From: Lama glama
Taxonomy: Eukaryota
Direction of reading: 5' to 3'
Assembly (NCBI GenBank): GCA_028534125.1
Contig: CM052816.1
Location: 86,368,001-86,432,000, forward strand
DNA length: 64,000 nucleotides
The position numbers and the translations under genes are program-made. The notes under the pieces are model-generated. The model saw only the letters and a list, made by a program, of their open reading frames with translations, ran no database searches and was not told where the DNA came from. Numbering within the stretch: the stretch's first letter is position 1; the number at the start of each line of letters is the position of its first letter. This document shows positions 1 to 11,479 of this stretch, one piece after another.

Positions 1-269
1 TTCCTATGAGCCATTATTGCCTTACCCAGAGAAATGAAGATGAATCTAATATAAATTTGATGCTTGAGGGGGTAGTGTTTTTAATGTGAGATATTCTCAA
101 TGAAATATCATGTGATTTATAATGCAAATATCATTAGTTATGTTCTAAATGTTTCAAATAACATGGAATAGTAGTGAATGTCATTGGGAAGTTACTTTTT
201 CACCTACCACAGATTTTTCACTTTTGATTTTCTATTATGTAAACTACTGAAGAAATTTCCCAGTATCTT

Positions 270-455
270 GTTTAATTCACTTATTCATGTTTCTATTCAC
301 TATTCTTTTTTTTGGGGGGGGGTTACTAGGTTTAGCTATACCCTTCCCCCCAGTCACTATTGTTTTTGTATCTACCATGAACCAGACACTGTACAAGCAG
401 CCAGAGATACAAGAATGAAGAGAAAGACAAAACAAAGCAAAACCTCTGTTGCACC
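270..455 (-). mobile_element. L2 LINE 3' fragment, interrupted by the mini-SINE
   Basis: ATTCACTTATTCA...TATCTACCATGAACCAGACACTGTACAAGCAGCCAGAGATACAAGAATGAA resembles an antisense L2 3' end. Confidence 0.6.
306..351 (-). mobile_element. Internally deleted Vic-1-like mini-SINE with TSD
   Basis: Minus strand reads GGGGGGAAGGGTATAGCT|AAACCTAGTAACCCCCCCCC-A8, i.e. the 5' end joined directly to the 3' end of the SINE seen at 7525 and 53910. Flanked by ATTCACTATT (295-304) and AGTCACTATT (352-361). Confidence 0.75.
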
Positions 456-1159
456 GTCAGTAAATGAATCACATTACTTGCTATTATATTCTAATTTTGA
501 TGAATACAAGAACAATGAGTGTTAGGTACTTTTCAGATGTATAATATGGGGCTCTAATTTCACTTTTTTATAATTGTATTCAAGGCTCCATGGCATCTTT
601 CAAGAAACTATCGAAATAAGTTAGCGGATTAGTTCAATTAGGCATTTTTGTGTAGCCTCAGATTTATTCAGCTGGAGTCCTGAGAGTGGATCCTGAATTG
701 GTGCGTCAGTTAGGAGCTGCCATCTTGGTTGGTGATGTATGTTTGCACTTCACATGTGCAAGAGCCAGTGGTCATCTCACAGCAAGGACTCAAATTTGAG
801 TCTAGTATTCTGATCCCAGACACAAAGCCTAAATGAAAAATACATATCTGAAGACCAAGTAAATCCCAAAATTGTATTACTAAAAATGCTTACGAACAGA
901 AGTTTCCACACCCCCACAAGCAATTAAAATATTCAGTCCATAGAAGCCACTGAGTTTCAAACTTGGTCACTCTGTCAAAAAGTTTCTTCTATGTAATATT
1001 CTGTTTTTGTGAGGGCACCTGAAAAAGATCATGTTTAATAGGGAGATGACATGGTGATAAGGCTACATGCCAGAAGCACTGAGACTGCCTTTCTTAATGA
1101 ATGTAGTGACTCTGACCTACGTATACTCACAAGGACTTTCGATGGATAAAACATGGACA

Positions 1160-1370
1160 ATGGCACCAAACTGTCTGGGTTCAAATCCTGTGTCACATGC
1201 CATGTATTTAATATTTAATATTGCTGGTAGTTTTTTTCATCTGTAAAATGGGGTTAATCAATGTCCTTAAATGATAGTGTGGTTGTCATGATTAAATGAC
1301 ACAGTTCCTATAGAGTTCTACCAATTCCAGATGCACAGAGGTGTTCTAATGCTACCTATACTGTTACTGT
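1160..1370 (+). mobile_element. MIR SINE
   Basis: CTGGGTTCAAATCCTG ... TTTTCATCTGTAAAATGGGG ... GGTTGTCATGATTAAATGA core. Confidence 0.75.
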
Positions 1371-3369
1371 TGCCTGTTATTTTTGTTGGTATTCTTATTT
1401 GTAACTTATGACGTGCTTTTTCATGAATATTTAGTATGTTTTATTTTAACCATAGCTTGTGATGCAGATTTGGCTACCACATTAAGATTCAATTTGTGTT
1501 GCAGCGAAAAATTTAATTTAAATTTAAAATTTAATTTGTGTTGAAGTGAAAACTACATGGTGTTTTAAGTCTCATTATGTCACTAATTCTACTATCAACA
1601 TCATAAATTTCTCATTCCAATTGTTTTGTTTATGAAAATGGGAGTTTGAATCATATCATTTCCAAGGACACAGTTAGTTTATCTGTTGTTACAATTGGAA
1701 AGGGCTAATACCATCCATTACAGTAACTGGAAAGGACTCAATATATTACCGTTAAAATATAATTATTCCCTAATGATTGTGAAAATGTCAGTTGCCTAAA
1801 GAGAGAATGTAACCTACAGACTTAAATTACATTCTCAGAATCACATTTACTTAATTGCATGAACAAGGGAATTAATGGATATGAATTCTGAAAATGATGT
1901 GAAGGACCCAAAAAGGCAGAGACAGGAGAAAGCATTGGAAAGATGGAGACTAACTGTTGTGAGTTCCATAAGCCTCATAAACTCATTCAGGTGAAACATG
2001 AACCATTTCTGAATGTAGTGCAATGATGGTTCCTTTCACAGATTCTCCTTCTTGAGGTCAGAGTAATGAAAATTAGAACAAGAATGATGAACAGAGCCAG
2101 TGCATTACAGAAATAATCCCATTAAAGTTTTGGTACCTATAAATCTCAAGGATAATTCTGCAGTCTGTATTACAAGCTGAAAGGTCAGTGGGCTACCACT
2201 TTCTTAGACAAGGTCCCAGAAACTGATGGAGACAGAAGCTGCTGCGAATGTGAAAATTTTAACAGGTTTTCCTTAGATAATTCATTTTTTGATTCTTCAC
2301 ATTTTAAAGTGATATGGAGATCAATTAAAAGTAACTATTCCTGCTTTTTTCTTCCTCTTTGTGGCTCTATTTGATGCTATATTGAAAAGCATCTGAAATG
2401 ACTTCTATGAATTTAACATAAACAAACCAAAACATTAAGGTTACAAAATATACATTTCTATGAGTCCATATGAACTTCCTTTTTAAAACTTCTTTTAAAA
2501 GTTCAGAATTATATCACAGTTTTCATTTTCCAGTTTTATTTATAATTCAGGACTAGTGAATGTATTTATGTTATAAATTCACATATTTAAAGAAAATGCT
2601 TAACACTTAATCTTCCCCATCAATATGTAAAGGTGAGGTGTCATAACGGAGACTACTAAACCTAACCGACAAGTACAATTTTGTGATTATAGTAAATTCC
2701 ATTTTTTGTCATAGCTCTGTATTTACATTTGTTATATTTTTAATTATTTATTATTTGTTTAATCAAATTCATGATCTCTTTCATAAGATCTTTATTAATG
2801 CTATGATCATTTAATAAGATTCTTTTCTTTTTTGTCATGAGTACACTATCATATTTGGCTGACTTATTACCATGGCCAATTTAAAATATTCAGTTAATAT
2901 TATATACTTTAGTTACTTGATTTTCTAGATATATGAACTTTCAGAATGAGGCCTTCTGAGGGCTAAAAATTAGACATGCTTTCTCTTTAGTTTTAAAATT
3001 CTTTAATTATGCTAGAGAAAAAGTTCATTAAATTGTGTATGTATTTCCTTTCATTTAATTGAAAGGCAAGTGAGAATAAGATTGTGCAAAACTACCAGAG
3101 AAATTAATTTCAAAAACCTGAATGATTGAAATCTTGTTAAGTAATTATGCAGACTAAGTAATTTCCTTTCAAAGTCTGTCAAAGTCTTCAAGGTTTTCAA
3201 CCACTTGATGTGTTGTGTTGACTATCTGCATTTAAAAATAATATAAATTATACTTCAAGACTTAATCAAAGGGTTGACATGAGTTTATCTTTCTGAAGTA
3301 TTGACCCACTTAGAGGATAAATTCCGGTATTCACTTGACAAGAGGTAAAATAACATATTTCGGTGTTTG

Positions 3370-3386
3370 GAGCCACCTTGTGGTCA
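3370..3386 (-). promoter_or_regulatory. CTCF-like motif
   Basis: Minus strand reads TGACCACAAGGTGGCTC, close to the CTCF core (CCASYAGRKGGC). Confidence 0.45.
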
Positions 3387-4299
3387 TCTCTTAGTATATT
3401 AAGGAAAGCTGCCTCCCTTCAGATTCTTGTCCAAGTGAACATTGCACTTGGAAAACATTGAAACCAATGTGAACTTACATTAAGGGCTATCAAATGGCAC
3501 TAAAAATGGATCATGTTTAGACTGAAGCAATTTACTATTTACATGTTGACATGAATTACGAAAATACTGTTTTGCAGAAATCTAAACAAAATACTTTAAA
3601 CAACACTTTTGAGGCAAGATATAATTTTTAAACTAAAATATATTTTTACTGTGCAGCTGCATGTCAGCTTTAATGGCTCCTTAACCATTTAACTTTCTCA
3701 AGGCAAAATTCCTTCCAACATCCTCTGATGTGCAGCACAAATAAATTAGGGGCTGCATTATTGTGATTTTTGCATCTTGTAAAACTTAATTGTAAACATA
3801 TAGCCTGCATAAAGAGCTTGGAACTGGTACCAGCAACCCCTAGTCATTGAAAGTGTTTTTCCATGGGCTCACTGGAAGTTCAGACAGACAAATTGTTTGC
3901 TTTCATTTTTTTCATAAATATCAGAATAATTTATAATTTACAGAGTGTAATGTACATATTCGCCAAATGTCAAGTCTCTTTTGCTAGTTTTTTTATAACC
4001 TAACAACATATTTGCATAAGAGCAGGGCCCATGGTTGGTTACTGCTTCTCTTGCAATTTCACAAGAAAGAACTTACACTTAAAGATGAAATAATTATTTC
4101 CCAGAAACCAAAAACAACACTTCTAGATTTTAAAGTCTGAACCTTCATTGATTCCTTGTGTGATCTTCCTCGTCCTCTCATTATCTACTTGCATTATTTA
4201 GCTGAAGGTAAAAATAAAGAAATTTGGTCAGAATGAATTTTCTTTATACATTGCCTATAGCAATAGGTGAGCAAAGTAAGTCCACTAATTTATTGCTTT

Positions 4300-5104
4300 A
4301 TCTACAGCTCTCTGTCCCCCTCTGCCTCTCTCTCTTTCTATCTCCTTCTTTCTCCCTATCTATCTATCTATCTCTCTGTCTGGAAACATTTATGTTATCA
4401 TCCTAAAGTATCATCATTAAAACTGAGTGAGGCTTCAATACCGAGACTGGACATGAAAGAGCCTCGTCTCATTTAAAGGCTGCAGTGCGAACAGCTCCCG
4501 AGTTGCCTCTCTTGGGGCACTGGGATGATTCCTTTAAAAGATTAAAGCTTCATGGGAACTGAAGACAAATTTATAAAATAACAAAAAAATCTTGTGAAGA
4601 TTATCTACATGTTCTGTATTAAAGCCATGAGTTGTCCATCTTTATAAAGCAAACCATTTTCTCTCTGTTTTGAACATACGAGGCTGGCTCTTAATGTAGA
4701 ACAAGTGGTCAGGGCATGTCATTTCTCATGCACAGCCCAACAGTCTGACTACAAAACAAAGATTACTTTGCTTCCCATTAAAGCATGTTCCCTCTGTCAA
4801 CAAAAGTGCTTCTATTCTAAGAGATATTACTATTGATTTGCTTTGATTCTCAAAAGACTGCTAGGGTAATTTTTTTTCTATGCAGTGCTGCACACTGTGT
4901 ATTTTAAATAAATATACAAATAAAGTATTTATTTCAACTCCAAAAGGGAGACAGAAATTGAAATGGTATATTTAAGAGTTTAGAAATGTTTAAAATTTAG
5001 AAGAAACCTTGTGATGATGTCACAGCCACATTTAGTGCTGTTGTTTAGAGCAAGGTTTTTTGTTGTTGTTTTGGTTTGGTTTTTCTGCAGAATGAATAGT
5101 AAGT
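4300..5104 (+). promoter_or_regulatory. CDH10: Candidate CDH10 promoter / non-coding exon 1 region
   Basis: No recognisable interspersed repeats in this block. It has a CT/TATC tract (4308-4380), several CpGs at 4440-4500 after a TTTAAA element, and candidate donors AGG|GTAATT (GT 4866) and ATA|GTAAGT (GT 5099). It lies about 42 kb upstream of the coding exon, in line with the long first intron I recall for mammalian CDH10. Inference only. Confidence 0.45.
4308..4380. repeat. CT-rich / (TATC)n low-complexity tract
   Basis: CTCTCTGTCCCCCTCTGCCTCTCTCTCTTTCTATCTCC...TATCTATCTATCTATCTCTC. Confidence 0.8.
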
Positions 5105-6304
5105 GAATAATTATAAATATAAAAGGAAACGAATGGGAGCATCTCCCCTGGGGAGTAAAAACCAAGAAACAACCCAAGACATTTTTAGCTAGAAATTTCT
5201 AGTTCCTTCTCAATTTTAGTCTAAACATACCTGTTTGCCCAAAGATAATTTAACCTCAAGTGATAAGGGAGATTTTGACAATTAACCATTATCCTGAGAC
5301 CATTTTTAAAATTCTTTAAAATTTCTTCACTGTCCTAGGGCTAAAATGCATTGTCTATAATCTTACATTTGCCTCCTCAAATACAGTTATTTGACACGTT
5401 CTTTTAATTCTAACTGTATAAAAACTGTACAATTGGTCCTTTTAAAAAAAAATTCCAACTCAGTACTAGAGAAAAGGTTCAGATTACATCCTTCCTTCAC
5501 AATTTAACCACATTTTTGAGTTCTTAATATATATTATACAACCTTCTAGGAGTTTGAGAAACAGTGGTAGATAATATGGTCCCTTTCTCAATGAGAAGAA
5601 AACATAGTTGGAAAGAGCAACATGTAACAGTAAATACGTTATAAATTAGTGTTTTGCTTGTAGGATGAACAAAGTTTTAGGGGAATTTAGGTGAGGGAAC
5701 GTGGAAATTTAATCATGGGGAAGATGAAGGGGGACTTGAAAGTATTATTTTATTGGTTATTTTATTGGTTATTAAAAGGTAAAATTAATGAAACAAGAGG
5801 CTTGGCTCTCTGTACATCCAGAGCCCTCCTGGCTGATCTCTCTTTCCTCTCTAGCTCTTTCTAAAACATATTTTAATTAATTTTTTTTCATACAATTATT
5901 CATTCAATAATATTTATTGATTTTCCATTATGGAGAAGGCAGTATGTTAGGCATCAAGATGTGATGGAAAACAAGTCATATTCAAATGTTTTAACTTCGA
6001 ATGCCTTTTGGTGTTTTACAAGAGATAGTCAGCACAGAAATTACAATATAGCTGATAATTTCAAGGAATTGCATGTGAATTTAACTTTGAAGTTAAAGAT
6101 GAGTTGCACATGCCAGTGTTTGAGTCCAAGAGGGGGCTCCATCAGGGATGAGATTAAATCTAAACCCTTACAGCTGTGACACGTTGTGTCACTCACTAGC
6201 TCAAACACTTTTCTGCATAACTCCATTTTGAGAGATACTAATACGTAGTGCTAAATTATTCTCTACTCAGAGTCGGGCAGTAGAGTATTTCCTCTGTCAC
6301 CAAG

Positions 6305-6445
6305 GAGCTTGGGAATCTTGGCCAAGATACGTAATCTAGCTAAGCCTCAGTTTCCTTGTCTTGAAGGTGGGACAATGTGGCTACTTCTTAAACCTGTTAC
6401 AAGGGTTAAGTGAAACGATGCTTGCAAAGCACTTAGCAGAGTTGT
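6305..6445 (+). mobile_element. MIR SINE fragment
   Basis: CTTGGCCAAG...AAGCCTCAGTTTCCTTGTCT...GGGTTAAGTGAAACGATGCTTGCAAAGCACTTAGCA. Confidence 0.7.
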
Positions 6446-7195
6446 TTTAGTTTTTGTTTTGTAATTAATAACTTCCTAATAAATATTTCCAGCATTATTA
6501 CTGCTTATGGGCAAAATCCAAATTCTTAACCTGATATGATCTTTTAAATCTTTGTAGTTCCCTCTGTCCAAACCCCTGTAATTTGCCTCAAAATACAGAC
6601 AAGTTGACCAGCTCTCAGTTTCAAGTGAGTTCTCCTTATTTTATGCATTATTTTATTATTATTATTTTTAATTTCTCTAGCTTTGTTTATTGGCCACTCT
6701 GCCCCCAGACTCTGCCGGTAAAACACATACCATTCAGGTTGGCTTCAAAAGTTACTTTTTCCTTAAGGTATTCCTTGAGTTCTCCTGCTGGAAGGGCACT
6801 CTAGCTTTGGAAAACTTACAACTTTTTATTTATACCACTCTTTCACCATGGGCAATCACCTCCCTTGAATTTTTTTTTTTTTGTACGTGCCTTATTTCTT
6901 TTTTTGTAGGTAGTTATTTTCTTAAAACCAGGATCTTGTTCATTTTTTTCTACAATCCCAGCACTTAGCTCAAACTCCCACATAGTAGCAAATGTGTAAC
7001 AAGGAAATTCATGCATCAGATAAGTAGAGCGTATATTATGTTTTTTTTACTTTTTACAGATACGTATACTACCATAGAGTAATTGAAAGATTAAATATCA
7101 TTAAACACACAAAAATAGTCTTCTTTTCTACTGGATAATATTCTGGATCTCTCCATTAACCTAAAGCTTTTTTTTTAGTAAGTTCAAACTGTAAG

Positions 7196-7365
7196 GCAGT
7201 TTTTTTCTCAACCTGATTGATAGATTGATTGGTTGATTATCTTATTCATTTAGTATTCAAAATTGGCCCACCCTAGACCTACTGTATCTGGAGTTGTGGT
7301 ATGGCCATATATATATTTTAAAATTCTTGCTAAATGATTTGAAAGCACACACTAGATAAATAATT
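7196..7365. mobile_element. MER5-like hAT-Charlie MITE (degenerate)
   Basis: CAGTTTTTTCTCAACCT ... GGCCCACCCTAGACCTACTGTATC resembles MER5A. Confidence 0.45.
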
Positions 7366-7524
7366 GTAACTAGAAATTATTGTGCTGTTTTTGTGTCTGA
7401 GCCCATACACTGATTCTAAAATCAGTTTTAAAAAGCAAAGTTTCACAAATGCATTTAAAATTTATTCTTGAAAGTAGATGCATTAAAGGGGACGTTATTT
7501 AGTTTGAAATGTGTGACTTCCTCA

Positions 7525-7639
7525 GGGAGGGTATAGGTCAGCGGTAGAGCACTTGCTTAACATGCATGAGGTCCTGGGTTCCATCTCCAGTACCTCCATT
7601 TAAATAAATAAATAAACCTAAATTATGCCCCCCCCAAAA
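7525..7639 (+). mobile_element. tRNA-derived SINE, camelid Vic-1-like
   Basis: GGGAGGGTATAGGTCAGCGGTAGAGC (A box), GGGTTCCATCTCC (B-box-like), then TAAATAAATAAACCTAAATTATGCCCCCCCC and a short A tail. Degenerate flanking repeat GAAATGTG/GAAATATG. Confidence 0.85.
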
Positions 7640-9019
7640 GAAATATGCACTTTTTATTTGATGTTTCTTTGACTCTTGCTTTGTAGTTATTTATTGATTT
7701 AAGCACATATTATGTCCCGAACCTTGTGTTATACAATAGATAAATATAATAGAAAAATTCAGAGACAGATTATGTTATTGAGAAACAAAGTGGCACAGGC
7801 TGTGGTATATAATTAAGCATTAAAATGACTCTAGACCAGTAAGCACCAGGAGTCATTAGTATAAGTCAGAAAGCAGAAATAATGGGGGAGATTAAACTAT
7901 TACTTGACGTTGGCCTGGAGGATGTATTGAGTGTATGCAAAGGGCAGTTATTCTAGAACGTGAAACGAGTAAAGGCAAGAATGAACATGGAAGTTTGGTT
8001 CCACTAAGGAACCAAGCTGGGTTTATGCTGAGAAAACTGTATTTATGAAGAAACTTGAATAATAGGTTAAGGGGTTTAGACATGGTTACAAATTTCATAA
8101 AAAGGTACCATTTTAAAAGTTCATCAAAAAATAAATTCTTTTACTCTGAACTCCTTAGGACAAATAAGGTTAAAAAAAAAGACTCAACCATTATTTTTAG
8201 CATTCTATATGCCTCAGATAGTGGGTTAATATAAATCCAAATGCTTCAAAATTAACTCCAAACTTTTGTCTTCCCAAGGAGACAACACTGAGAGTGTCAA
8301 TGGAATTATAGTAATAAATACTGTGTCTGATTCTGCCCATTCTCCATCCCCAGCTATTTCCTCATATGTGCTCTCGAATGCATACATGCTCTGAGCTACC
8401 ATTTGATGTCTCATATTTTCCTCCACTTCATAAATAGTCCCTCCTGGTCGATCGTTGTCTAGTGTTTCTCCCACTGATGAAAGCATAATTACCTCTAGTC
8501 TATGCTTGCTGATAGTGTTCTGATGTCCAAAGCTATTAAAATTACAGATGGTCACACTAATGAATTAGCATCTTCAATGTGTCAGATAATTTTATTTAAT
8601 TTCTCCTTCAGTTCAGGTACATTTGTGTGACTGGGGATTATTTATTTCAAGCTCTGTTGGTCTTTTCCTGAGAAAACAACTTGTTCTCAATCTCATAGCT
8701 AGTTATTGGCAAAATATGAAGCAGAACTTATATCTTAAAACTCCCATTCCTATGTTATTATTACACTGTTATAAGAATAATCAAAGCTTTCCTTACTGTC
8801 AAATGGAAACTCGGACAATATTAACTTCATAACCTTATTTTTTAATAATTAACTAAGATGATACATGTAATGTACTAGTGTTGTGTGGTATGCAGTTCAT
8901 ATTCAATATAATAACGAAAACTTCACTGTGCTTTTACTAATACTGATTATTTGTAGATATTAATTCTGTTATTATGAAGGTTTGAAACAAATGATTACAT
9001 ATTGATGGTACCCATAATA

Positions 9020-9262
9020 AAGGACACTATCATTTATTGACAACTTATTAGGTGTTAGACGCTGTACAGAATGATTTACATATAGTATTTCTTTTAATCA
9101 TCATATTAAAGGAGACAGGTAATATTATCATCTTCATTTTTTAAATTAAAGAGCTGAGCCACAGAGAGGTTAGATGAGTTTCATAAATCACAAAGCTAGT
9201 CCGTGAAAGAGCCAGAGTGCCAACTTTGATAATATGGTCCCTGTGCCTCTGTTATTAACCTC
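9020..9262 (-). mobile_element. MIR SINE
   Basis: CATTTATTGA...ATTATCATCTTCATTTTTT...GCTGAGCCACAGAGAGGTTAG...CACAAAGCTAGT, antisense MIR. Confidence 0.75.
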
Positions 9263-11242
9263 AACCCCCATTTATATGTCATGTATGTGTTCCTAAGAGG
9301 AGGAGTTGGATGATCATTTCTACTCCTATTTTCCTTTTTATAAAATTTCTATTTATAAATGACTTACTGTTTCTTTCTCAGTAGGATAAAATTGGCCCCA
9401 AATAAGTAGGTTTTAGGATGTAAAGGTACAACAAATGTGCCATATTTTAATGCACTTTTCTAATAATATGCACAATGCAGGTGTCAAAATATATGAATAA
9501 TGAAGAAAACACTTGCCTTGTAGGGAGGAAAAGGTTCACTAAAACCACTTAAAAACTTAAAGTAGCCATCACTTACAAAGTAGTTATAAATTACTCAGTG
9601 GACTTCGTATCATTCTCTTAGCATTATATAGCATTATTTTTTGTAATGCTCCCAGTTGGAGAAATAAGGCATATAATGATATTTTTAAAGTCCATAGAAC
9701 ATTTTTCAAGTATTCATAGGAAAATAGTCACAACGATTGCCTCTGGGAACAGATAAGGAACTCATGTGTCGGCAGAGAACCATTTTCATTGTATACATTT
9801 AATTTCATTAGAAATTATTATCATTAATATGGATTAATTTTTGGAAAAAACAATTTAATTTTAAAGAAGTGGTCACTCATCATGAACCCAACTGAGCATA
9901 TGGAAAATGAAAAATTCCAAACTCTCAAACTCATCTTTATAGCATAAGTTGACCCCCTCATTGTCTCTTTATAGAAAACAAACAAAAAAGCTAACAAGTT
10001 CTTTTATGTGCAGACACACTACTCACTGAGTTATTATATATATAATAACTGAATAGTTATTATGAGAGAAGCATTCAAAAACAATTCTTCCCCATGTGGC
10101 TCTAATCATAAGAGGGATTTTATATATTTTTAAAAATTCACTATTAGAAAACCATGTGGAGGCTGTGACATAAATCAGATTTTCTCAAATCTAATTCAGT
10201 TTACATGAATTTGGAAACAGCAAGCTTTCATATGATAATATATATAATATAGTCACATATGTAAGGCGAATAACTATCTTGTAGCTAATAACTCTCATGT
10301 TGTTTCAAGATCCACTTTTCCATTGTGACCACTGTTGCTTTCATGCCACCTTTCAGTTTCTAAAAAAGGAACAAAGGTGGAAACATTATGTATCTTATAA
10401 ATTTTTGCCAACTGAGCTTCAGATGATGTTACAATGAATTATATGAATTATTTGAAAATTTGGCCACCTAGAGAAAAGTGAACCAAGAATTTACTTTGCT
10501 CTCTCTATATTAATCTCCAGATAATTTTCATTTTATTTCTCAGTGCTGTATTCACACTTATCCACCACTTAGTTTTGTAAACCAAAGGAATCTATTATGT
10601 AAAATTAATATTAATTTGAATGCTATTGGTTTTGAGATTTTTGCTTAGTTTTTGCTTTTTATGTTGCATTATAAGCACATGTATTTATCATTTTACAAAC
10701 ATGTAAATAAGCTCTTATTCTTTATGTATACATGTTCCAGTAAGATTATTCTACAAGTCATTCACATCAATGGAGCAGCAAGATAAGAGAACATGATTCA
10801 ACATAAAAGCCCTTGATAAATCTAAAAGGATCCCTCAATAGTCAGTAAAAATGTTGCAAATCATAATTGCTGAGTGAGAGTAGTATATAATGGTGGTATT
10901 TTATGCAGCAGCTAAGATTAACATTTTAAAATGTGAAGTACCTCATGGTATGAGAGAATTTTATAGATCCCAAACACCAAGAGAATAGATGCTTCAAAAC
11001 AAACCGATCTGTGTACCAAAATCTAGAATGCGTATCTGGTAGAGATAGCCTTTATTGCATTTTTCTATTTGTGAATTTGTGAATATATAGGACATCTCAT
11101 CACAGTTTCATCATGGTCATTTGGAAGTTTCACCTCAGCTGCAAGAAGTTAATTCATTCAACAGTCAGCTACTGAGTCCCTGTTATGGGTAGCTGAACCA
11201 CGTCAGCTCCTGCTACTTATCCCATGGTACCAAGACACTTGG

Positions 11243-11407
11243 TTCTTTAATTTCAGCGTGAAAATGTTCAGGCTCAATCACTTCAACGATAACTAAATTC
11301 TTTAATTTCAGTGTGAAAATGTTCAGGCTCAATCACTTCAACGATAACTAAATTCTTTAATTTCAGTGTGAAAATGTTCAGGCTCAGTCACTTCAGCGAT
11401 AACTAAA
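11243..11407. repeat. Tandem repeat, 3 x 55 bp
   Basis: Unit TTCTTTAATTTCAG(C/T)GTGAAAATGTTCAGGCTCA(A/G)TCACTTCA(A/G)CGATAACTAAA at 11243-11297, 11298-11352 and 11353-11407. Only 3 variable positions, no spacers. Confidence 0.97.
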
Positions 11408-11479
11408 GAGCAAGAAGAGCCCTGTACTTTGGCAAAGATAAAAGCAGTATTAATGGTACCGTGGGCCACTTCCCTTGAA

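Noticed and set aside
4261..4307. Mini-intron between donors at 4267/4276 and acceptor at 4306-4307
   Set aside because: 32-41 nt is below the usual minimum mammalian intron size.
7525..7600. tRNA gene
   Set aside because: The tRNA-like head is followed by a SINE-specific tail and A-run, and related copies recur in the window.
8226..8555. 109-aa acidic ORF that looks protein-like
   Set aside because: Non-ATG start, no motif or cadherin signature, no clear splice context; probably decayed repeat sequence.
11243..11407. CRISPR-like array
   Set aside because: Units are contiguous with no unique spacers, there are no cas genes, and the context is mammalian. It is a plain tandem repeat.
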